Origin: Octopus vulgaris
Taxonomy: Eukaryota
Assembly: GCA_951406725.2 (NCBI GenBank)
Contig: OX597817.1
Coordinates: 20,708,001 to 20,772,000 of the forward strand
Reading direction: 5' to 3'
Length of the DNA: 64,000 nt
The notes beneath the pieces are model-generated. The model saw nothing but the letters and a program-made list of their open reading frames with translations. It made no database searches and was not told the origin of the DNA. This document shows positions 40,856 to 51,214 of this stretch, piece after piece; position 1 is the stretch's first letter; each line of letters begins with the position of its first letter. A program made the position numbers and the translations under genes.

Positions 40856-41548
40856 ATATATGCCTTATATTACGATGTGTATATTAAGCATATCTGTATG
40901 TGTGTGTGTGTGTTGTACAAATTTATGATATTGTGAAGAGAGAGAAGAATAGCAATTTCTTATTTCATTTGGAAAATTGTCAGATAATATAATAACTATT
41001 TTGGTGTCGTTCATAAATCATTTATCCATCACAAAAGTTTACTTAATATTTGAAAAATCACAAATTTACAAATGCAAAAAAATGAAATGAGATAAAAAAA
41101 AAAGGTATAATGAACTTCGAATTCAAATATCTGTTATATTTTTCAGTACAATAATGACTATTTTAATCTAATTAACTTGAAACATTTATTCCTATTTCCT
41201 CACCTGACTTCTGTCATTTTAACTTGGTTATAAACATTTGATGCGCCATTGTATGCGAATATGGATCCAACTCGAAAAAATTCTTAATTGCATTCATGTA
41301 TGCGCGTGAGTTTTATGCTGTATAAAATTGCAGAACTAGGTTTCCCTGTATTTTAAATGAAATAGCATGGTTTCGAGAAGAATATGTTCTTGCAACACAT
41401 TTTTTTTCAAACGAAATAACTACGTTTACCTTTGGTTCTTAGATTTTGATTGTTATGCAAAATAAGAATTTTGATATAATCATATTTCAAGTAGAGATGT
41501 AACCTTCAGTGTATGTTTAATGCATGATTTATTCATACACACACATAC

Positions 41549-41660
<112 letters not shown>

Positions 41661-41719
41661 ATATCTATATCTATATTTATATCTATATCTATGTATACAT
41701 ATCTATATCTATATCCATC

Positions 41720-41769
<50 letters not shown>

Positions 41770-41782
41770 TGTGAGTCTGTGT

Positions 41783-42200
41783 ATTAAAACGATACGTTCA
41801 AAAGAGATACCCAAGAATTCATTCAAAACAGTCCCAATAACTTCTATCATACACAACCAGTCAATTTTATGTCACTTGGCCATTTAACCTTCCTACTACT
41901 ATCATACCACACCCGCATTCTTTTATTATTCTTTATCTTCTTCTTCTTCTACTCCTTCTTCTCCGCCACCTCCTTCCTTACTATACTACTACTATTGATT
42001 AAAATAACACCCACGCAAACATTAAAAAAGACACGTTCAAAAGAAATACCTCAAGAATTCATTAAAATCAGTTCCAATCACTACTATCATCCACAGCCAA
42101 TCAGTTTCAGTGCCTTTGACCATTTAACATCCTACTACTATCATACCACTCCCACATTCTTTTCTTCTCCTTCTTCTTCTTCTTCTCCTCCGCCACCCCC
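41783..42200. repeat. Diverged ~239-bp tandem duplication
   Basis: cgttcaaaaga.atacc.caagaattcatt and ccatttaac.tcctactactatcataccac each occur twice (41795 and 42034). Confidence 0.8.
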
Positions 42201-42534
42201 TTCCTTACTTTACTACAACTGCTGCTTAACAATCAAAGACCAGAATTTATAACTACCATGAATCTACAAGAGTAAAAAATAGAGAGAGAGACAGAGGCAG
42301 GCAGAAACAAGGAAAATATCCTTTGTATGAATACTATGGAAATATTTATAAAAACTTTTCATTCTACAATTTAATTTTTTGTCCAAACTTAGAGTTGAAA
42401 GAGTCTCAATGCCTGAAACTAAACTGTTTACTAAAATGTATTTCATAAAATTAATTTAGCATTTTCTAACTTGACATATTATCCTTATACATATTAACTT
42501 GTGTATTCCTTATCAACCTTCTACATATATAATG

Positions 42535-42646
42535 TAAGCGAGTACTTATGCTATCGATCTCTTTTGCCGAACCCTTAAGATACGGGAACGAAACACACCA
42601 GCATCGGCTGTCAGGTGATGTTGGAGGGACAAACATAGAATACAAA

Positions 42647-42683
<37 letters not shown>

Positions 42684-42853
42684 ACACATATATATATATA
42701 TATATATATTTATCATATAATCATATAAACACACACACACACACAACACACAACACCACACACACACACAATAAATACACACATAATATTAATTTATAAT
42801 ATAATATACATTATATACATACATATATATATATATATATATATCACATACAT

Positions 42854-42895
<42 letters not shown>

Positions 42896-42898
42896 CAT

Positions 42899-42981
<83 letters not shown>

Positions 42982-43222
42982 GAAAAATACAAACTGGGAC
43001 AAGAACGTAAAACATTTAGAAGACGATACAAAAAACACGGTATCAAGAACCGGATCATCCTCGCAATTTCGGCTGATTATGAAGGGCTTCTTTCAGTTTC
43101 CGGCTGCCAGATCCACTCAACAGCATTTGGTCGGCCTGAAGCTATAGTAGAAAACAGTTGCCGAAGGTGCCATGCTGTGGGACTCTAACCGGAACCCTGT
43201 CTTTCGGAAGCAAGCTTCCTAC
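42535..43222 (-). mobile_element. SINE family B split by expanded microsatellites and a pLTR-like insert (~42975-43080)
   Basis: 3' part at 42535-42650 and 5' part at 43084-43222 match family B. Confidence 0.7.
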
Positions 43223-43532
43223 CACACAGCCACGACTGCTCCTGTTAATGTAAATTCATTGTAAAAAATAACGAATATCAATAAGGAAAATAGCCTTCTT
43301 GATCTCAAGAATTGTATCTGTAGTTGTATATAATTTTTAATACAATTACTTGCTGAATACGTTTGTGATAAGAAAGGTTGGCACTTTCATATATTCCCCA
43401 TTATTAATTCATAAAAATTAAGGAAAATATAACATCAGCATGAAAAAGAGTTTACCTTGTAAAGCCATTGCCAATATATTGCTAAATGATTTAAATATCC
43501 TAAGCTATTCGCTAGTATTTTTTCATACCGTA

Positions 43533-43941
43533 TTCTTTTATTCTTTTATTCGTTTACTTGTTCCAGTCATTTGACTGCGGCCATGCTAGAGCACTGTTTT
43601 TAATCGAGCAACTCGACCCCGGGACTTATTCTTTTGTAAGCCCAGTACTTATTCTATCGGTCTCTTTTGCCGAACCACTAAGTAACGGGGACATAAACAC
43701 ACCAGCATCGGTTGTCAAGCAATGCTAGGGGCACAAACACAGATACACAAACACACACACGCATATATACATATATACGACAGACTTCTTTCAGTTTCCG
43801 TCTACCAAATCCACTTACAAGGCTTTGGTCGGCCCGAGGCTATAGTAGAAGACACTTGCCCAAGGTGCCACGCAGTGGGACTGAACCCAGAACCATGTGG
43901 TTGGTTAGCAAGCTACTTACCACACAGCCACTCCTGCGCCT
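43533..43941 (-). mobile_element. SINE family B, full length, relatively young
   Basis: High-identity reverse complement of 24311-24798. Confidence 0.9.
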
Positions 43942-44010
43942 ATTGTATATATGTATTTTTAGTTTGCCTCGTTGTCCTTTATTAAGCTAATTGAATATAT
44001 TATAGACCAA

Positions 44011-44170
44011 ATTCTGAGTTCAAATTCCGCCAAGGTGGACTTTGCCCTTCATCCTTTCGGGGTCGATATATTAAGTACCACTTACGCTCTGGGGTCGATG
44101 TAATCGACTTAATCCGTTTGTCTGTCCTTGTTTGTCCCTCTATGTTTAGCCCCTTGTGGGCAATAAATAA
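44011..44170 (+). mobile_element. SINE family C, 5'-truncated
   Basis: ttctgagttcaaattccgccaaggt...aatccgtttgtctgtccttgtttgtccc; flanked by a TSD-like atatattatagacca repeat. Confidence 0.85.
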
Positions 44171-46268
44171 ACATATATTATAGACCATATGTGTAAATGA
44201 TAAATATGTTTTCTTGATGTAAAAGCATCGAATTTGAATATTTCTTATTAATTGCAGAGACTAATCACAACTGGTGACATAGTAATCTGAAATTAGGTGG
44301 TTCATATTATTGATGGATATGATACTTCCATTCTTACTACTAAATATTAATTTTAAGAATTAAATATAAGACTGAGATTATAAAATGTTGACTTCGTTAC
44401 TAGTTTTATATTTTATTGTATTCACCAGTTATTTATGGATTCCGCTGAGGGTCGAATTTAAAAACAGAGCGTCAATGAATGTATTTTTTTATTTCAAAAT
44501 CAACTTCACATTCGTAGTAAAATTAGAAATCTCATTTTCGTCTTTATTTTGTTTTAATAAGAGCATAAAAATGTCAAGTCGCGTGAGCACGTGATAAACC
44601 AGATTTCTGTATTATTTCTCAGAAAACTGCCGGCGTTCATAGGCGCAGTTCTTATTGCCTCATAAATGATACGAAATCACGTGTTTCTCCATCCGTTACG
44701 GAATCTCATTTACGCTCATGAGATAGAAACTTGTTTAATAACACTTAGCGATACATACCATAATATCAAATTCATCGACACTATTCGTTTTCTCAATCTG
44801 TTACAAAATTGTCGATTTTCTACGTTGACACCAGCATTACCATATTAAAGAGGATATTAAAATAATTATGCGGGCTAGAATGTCGCTGAGTTTTACTTTT
44901 TAATTCGACTTGTATTAAAGAGAACCGTGGTCAGATATTTCATGTGCCTATCAGTACATTTCGTGCAAATGAGTATTTAAGTTCATCAGAATGCAAGTCT
45001 TACAAGGATTTAACATATACATACACAAAGAACGTAAATATAGAAATACATTAATAAATAAATACATACAAAGCTCCAAGCTTGTGAGATGGCATTTGCA
45101 AAGGCTATGGGGATTTATACTTGTATAATGCGAAGTAGATAAATTTAGACATGTTATTTTAAAGACATTTCCTGATAAAGATTTGTTCTTTGGAAATAAT
45201 CCATTGCATAGTCAGCTTATTTTGAAATTAATTAAAACTAAAAGGCATATAGATATATAGAGCATACTAGATAAAAACGGTGAAATCACATTATATGCGA
45301 GTACTAATTATCCGTTATACAATATTTTGAAATTTAGTTTCTAATATCTTATAAATATATAACTTGAAATGGACTACGTTTGGTACCAACTAACATAAAT
45401 GAGTTGCTCTGCTGTAGTAGATTTTCATTTAAAATAAGATACGCACGGTGTGGGACCGTCGGATGACGTAGAGTTAGAGTAAGAATTATTATTTTAATCG
45501 AAAACATTGCTTAATTTGAAAAATAACGCAAATTATGCATTAATTTCGTCACTTCCCCAAATGACATATACAGCATGATATTTAACATATGCATATATAA
45601 ACACAGTTCTTCGTGTTGATAAAATATTATGTCTTCTATTAAAAATAACGTGAGTGTCCTATTAGAGACGTATACCATATGCAAGGACTGACAGTAAGTA
45701 GTTATTAAATAATAAAAGAAAACCGGAAAAAACAGGCACATATTGTGTATTCGCATATCATTACTGATGAGGCCGTCTAAATATCTTGCGTTTAAATATC
45801 GTTTAAGTTTTACTGAAATAACCTGGATCATCTATGAATACATTAAAACATACAAAACGTCTCTAATTTCAGAAGCTTGGAGAATGCTTTTAGTTCATGT
45901 TAGAAAATCTCAATTTTTTATCTGAGTATCTCTTGTCTAATGGAAAAACTATAGGTGATTTGAAACACCTGGCACGCAAACCATTTATCATCTAATGAAG
46001 TGAATTGAACTGTTCCATATCTTGCAGCTCTCTTTATAGGTCACATAACGTTTACTTACACTTTTCATTATGTTAACATCTATTTTGATGTCGAACATTG
46101 AAACTGTTTACATTATCTACTGTGAACTGTATTGACATTCAGTGTATTAATGTAATCGTTTATTTAACTATGTTAATACTTATATTGAAACTATCTTTTA
46201 TCATTCGTTTTACGTCATACAATATGAGAGTGCAGCTGAACTGGGGGACAAGCTCACATACACACCGA

Positions 46269-46309
<41 letters not shown>

Positions 46310-46891
46310 GAACTTCCTTTCGCCGGCAGCCTTGTTCAAGTAAACATGTTTCTTCCTGCGCTCGTGAAAAACATTTTTTTTCCTCGTGTATATTATTTTG
46401 CATTTGTTTTTAATTGTATTGTTTTTACGTCCAGTTTTTGTCACATTTTTTTTCCTTGTTTTTACCCCTCTGCAAAGGAATTTTATTTAATTCTTTCGCA
46501 GGAAGGACTTGTTCGACGAGACGTGTTCTGTCCTCACCTTCGAAACACGCTGGATGAAGGGGAGTTTTCCTTGTGTAGTTGTCTTGTACTCTGTTTTTTC
46601 GTTGTTAAAAAAATGGTCCGTTCCATGCTGTTTTTACGTTTTCGTTTCTCGTTGAGTTCTACGTCTATTTATGGTGTCCTGTACACACGTATACATATTT
46701 ATATATATGCATGTATATATACATGTAGATGTAGGTACGTACATATATGTTTGTATGTATGCATATATTTTATTTATTACACTATTGTATGATTGAGCGC
46801 CTTCGCGTAGATTCGATTCGTTTGGTTTCGTTTCTTCTTCTCTAAGTCGAGTGTGTTAGTATTAATGTGGTAACATCGTAGATTTCGTCTT

Positions 46892-46979
46892 GGTATATGT
46901 TTGGCTGATGAAGGTAAAACAAAATATGGGTGAGAGACATATCTTGTAAAACCTGAAACCTGCAGGTACCACATTATCC
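46892..46979 (+). ncRNA. Type I hammerhead ribozyme with intact core
   Basis: tgg-CTGATGA-AGGT aaa ACAAaATATG ggtgagaga CATATcTTGT aaa ACCT-GAAA-CCTGCAGG-TA|cca. All core nucleotides present, long stem II, palindromic stem III. Confidence 0.85.
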
Positions 46980-47324
46980 TTTTCCGGGTGTTTCATCTTT
47001 CAGATGTTCTCCCTGGAGGTAAGACGGTTTTTTTTTCTCTAATTTGTTGCACACACGCATTTATGCTAATACATACGCGGTGAAGCTAGACATTAGCGTC
47101 GTATTTTTACGTTCGCTATTTCCAGTAAATATCGGTACTTAGTTGTGCCATTTATTTACTAATTTGTGTATTTTTCCCTCACGGGCTACTTTTTACTGGA
47201 AGGCAATACTTTGTATTGCATTACTGATATTTTGAAACCTCTTCACCGTTTCTCGTACTGTTAGCGTTCCGCATTTCAGTCGGGTGTGTTAGTATTAATG
47301 TGGTAACATCGTAGATTTCGTCTT

Positions 47325-47412
47325 GGTATATGTTTGGCTGATGAAGGTAAAACAAAATATGGGTGAGAGACATATCTTGTAAAACCTGAAATCTGCAGGT
47401 ACCACATTATCC
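47325..47412 (+). ncRNA. Type I hammerhead ribozyme, second copy
   Basis: Same as 46892-46979 except stem III TCTGCAGG (C>T giving a U-G pair). Confidence 0.8.
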
Positions 47413-47599
47413 TTTTCCGGGTGTTTCATCTTTCAGATGTTCTCCCTGGAGGTAAGACGGTTTTTTTTCTCTAATTTGTTGCACACACGTATTTTTACTA
47501 ATACATACGCGGTGAAGCTACACATTAGCGTCGTATTTTTACGTTCGCTATTTCCAGTAAATATCGGTATTTAGTTGTGCCATTTATTTACTAATTTGC

Positions 47600-47638
47600 A
47601 TATATTTATGTATATATATATATGTATATATATATATG

Positions 47639-47689
<51 letters not shown>

Positions 47690-47732
47690 GTATATATATA
47701 TGTATATATATATGTATATATATGTATATATA

Positions 47733-47763
<31 letters not shown>

Positions 47764-47768
47764 TTATG

Positions 47769-47815
<47 letters not shown>

Positions 47816-47846
47816 GTATATATATATATGTATATATATATATATG

Positions 47847-47877
<31 letters not shown>

Positions 47878-47890
47878 GTACATATATGTA

Positions 47891-47930
<40 letters not shown>
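47600..47930. repeat. Compound (TA)n/(TATG) microsatellite
   Basis: Direct reading. Confidence 0.95.
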
Positions 47931-48140
47931 AAAAGTTAATCCAAACAAGGAAGCACAAAAACACAACAAAGTGAGGACGTGGAACAAATACAGTATTTTT
48001 GGACGCTCAGGAATGAAGGAAAGATGGAGGCTTTAACGTTCCGAGCGGAGCTCTTCGTCGGAAACATAGGAGAAGGAAAGATCCAGAGAAGGGAAGACAG
48101 AGGAAAAAAAATCGCCAACGGTACACACAAGGTCACACAA
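47931..48140 (-). mobile_element. pLTR-like repeat carrying a decayed minimal HHR (48032-48065)
   Basis: Minus strand gttt-CcGACGA-a-GAGC-tcc-GCTC-GgAA-CG-TT-aaa; homologous to 25676-25879. Confidence 0.65.
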
Positions 48141-49048
48141 ACACACACACACATATATATATATGTATATATATATGCAGTCGCGTGTGCGTAAACGCCG
48201 GGTGGCTTTCAGTTTCCACTCACAAGGCTTTGAATGTCCGGACCTTTATCTGAAGAAACGTGCTCAAGATGCCATGCAGTCGGACTGAAGTCGGAGCCAT
48301 GTGTTTTGAAAGCAATGTTATTTGCATACAACTACGTCTGCGCCTTTTCAGACATGTTCCCTAATGCATACAAATTTGGGCAACTATCGAGAATTTGATG
48401 AGATAATAATTTAGTTGCAAAAATATATACATATATAAAATATTAATTAGCGCTTGTTTAAAAATATACTTTTACTGAAATAAATTGCAGTACTGCAGCA
48501 TCTAAAATGGCGTTAATATATTCCATGTGCTGAAACGCAAGCTACATCATTAAAATATGTATGCGATGAGAAAGTGATGGCATTAAATGATTACTTATTT
48601 CAGTTAATCTATTTTGTCTAGTGCGAGATATGCTTGAGAATTTCTGGATTTTAAATCATTGTGAACATCGTCGATATGCTAAAAATATTGATCGCACGAT
48701 CTCTAATTCGAATTTAGACAATATAAACATGTGCAATTATAATTTGGAAGCTGCTGCAATTGACTAAATTGTGGACATAAGAATATATTCAACCACTACC
48801 GTTGTTGAATGATATATATATAAATATATAGATGGATAGATAGATAAATATATATATATGTGCGTATATACATATAGTACATATATATGTATATCTGTCT
48901 AATTATCTATCTATCCATCTATAATATATACACACATATATTTATTTATATACACATGCTCCTAACGACATGATTTACATATACACACTATACACTGATA
49001 TCTATCTATCAATGTCTGTCTGTACCTGCATATATATATATATATATA

Positions 49049-49169
49049 CTTTATTTTAAGCAGCAGAAAATTCAACAAAATCTGTTACTCTGAGAAAACT
49101 GTCTGATGAACGGCAACGAGAAACTCAGAGTAACAGATTTTGTTGAATTTTCTGCTGCTTAAAATAAAG
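49049..49169. repeat. 46-bp perfect inverted repeat (fold-back) enclosing the HHR 5' half
   Basis: ctttattttaagcagcagaaaattcaacaaaatctgttactctgag (49049-49094) is the exact reverse complement of 49124-49169. Confidence 0.95.
49099..49136 (+). ncRNA. Minimal type I hammerhead ribozyme
   Basis: CTGT-CTGATGA-aCG-GCAA-CGa-GAAA-CTC-a-GAG-TA|ACAG: stem I CTGT/ACAG, GNRA-capped stem II, quasi-palindromic stem III, GUA cleavage site. Confidence 0.8.
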
Positions 49170-50153
49170 CATATTACTCTACCACTGGTATTTGAGTACT
49201 CTTTTTTCCACCTTGTTTCACATTTATGTGTTTACTCCGGTATATATATATATATATGTATTTATACATATATCTATATATCTCAATAAAGAGAGAGATT
49301 TACACATAAGTAGATAGGCAGGTAGGTAGATAGGTAGCTTGGTAGATATGTTGGTAGGTAGGTAGGTAGATAGGTAGGTAGATAGATAGGCAGATAGACA
49401 GGTGGCTTGATAGGTAGATAACTATCGGTGAAATAGCAAGTTACATATATTCACTGGCTTACACATATAAGTACTCACGTTCTTCACATTACATGCAGGC
49501 ACACACATGCACACACACGCACGCACACAAACACAAACACACGTGCACACACGTATAATCTGTTTCTGTTTCTCTCCTGTTCTTAAACTTCATTGAAATT
49601 GCTTAGCACTAAAAGGAGAACCTCAGAGAAAAACACGAAAGAATTACACCGTTTCCATTTTAGGTTTTATATGAATACATGCCATGCTCATTTTGTTTTG
49701 AATTGAAAACATTTTTCGAATAGAATTTGCAGAAATGATATCTTTCATTTAATCATTTCGTTAATCTGAATGCCAAATAGAATAGATAGTATTTGACACT
49801 TAGATTGAAATAATATTAACAAAATTATTTTATTGAATTTCATAAAGAATTTTATGATAGGTGAAACTTTCCAAGCCCATCTAGATACTGATTGATCTTT
49901 CTTATATCATGGATTTGAAATAAGAAAGATATTACAGAGTAAATGGAATTCTGTATATTAATGAGATGTATACGAGCTACCGACTTGCTAGAAATATCAG
50001 CTGCATCACTTCAAAATTAAAATATGCCTTTTAAAATTATGTACATTAAAAAATACAATTTCTATAATCGTTTTTTTTTACAATAGATTGAATTATTTAA
50101 TGTATGCTTCCAAACATACATACACTCCTAATTTTATGCACACACACACACAG

Positions 50154-50186
<33 letters not shown>

Positions 50187-50198
50187 CACATGTATAAG

Positions 50199-50256
<58 letters not shown>

Positions 50257-50682
50257 TGCACATATATACGCATATATATATACACATGCACACACACACA
50301 TGTAACACAGACATATACAACATATTTATAAACATATCACTCTCTCTATATTCATATGTATAGATAAATACGCACACAAATCACACACATATTTGAATAG
50401 GAATTAGAAGCAATACTAATTTAGAAAAAATCTATCGAATTACACCATTTCCATTTTAGGTTTTAAACTCAATTTATGCGAAAAGATAATTCGCCAGTTG
50501 CCTGCACCTAGGTGAAGTGGCGATAACTGCTTCAGAGTGCTGATATCTGGGATTTGACAATCAGATGTTCAAAATAGGAGCCTTGAGTAAGTCTCCGGTA
50601 GCGCACTATAAGCAGCCTACCGGCGATGTAGCTGGGAACATTCATTGAGAATATCCATTCACTAATGGTTATATACATATAC

Positions 50683-50721
<39 letters not shown>

Positions 50722-50805
50722 GGTCCCGGGTTGAGTCGGGGTTAACCACAGTAAATAAGGTACTCAGTACATAGCAGAGTAAATTAATTTATTTTATAGA
50801 AGGAG

Positions 50806-50852
50806 CTTCTACAGGACTACAAATGTTTCATTCAAATGAAGTCATCAGGAAG
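50806..50852 (-). ncRNA. Type I hammerhead motif within a fold-back repeat (50784-50905)
   Basis: CTTC-CTGATGA-cTTCAttTGAAt-GAAA-CA tttgtagtcc TG-TA|GAAG. Inverted arms 50784-50801/50888-50905 and 50824-50840/50858-50874. Confidence 0.65.
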
Positions 50853-50902
50853 ATTATTTCATTTGAATGAAACAGTTCTGTGTGTCATTCTATAAAATAA
50901 AT

Positions 50903-50979
<77 letters not shown>

Positions 50980-51176
50980 TGTGTGTGTGTGAGAGAGAGA
51001 GCGTGAGTGTGTGTGTGTTTGTGTCTATGCATGTATAGAAAACCACTCGCATAACGGTATATTTAATTTTGAGCTTTGAACATGTAATATGTATTTAGTT
51101 GCCATCATTGACATTCAAGATTCAAAAGGGCCTGGATTATGTATGTGCGCTCGCGCGTGTGTCTGATTATATATAC

Positions 51177-51214
<38 letters not shown>

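Larger units (their letters stand above)
46845..47598 (+). repeat. 433-bp head-to-tail tandem repeat (1 full plus ~0.74 copy), one hammerhead per unit; retrozyme/pLTR-like
   Basis: CTGATGA at 46905 and 47338, GTA cleavage triplets ending at 46968 and 47401 (period 433). Copies differ at only a few positions. Confidence 0.92.

Noticed and set aside
45767-45830. CTGATGA followed later by GAAA
   Set aside because: No complementary stems I, II or III; chance match. Same for CTGATGA at ~58952, which has no GAAA after the stem.
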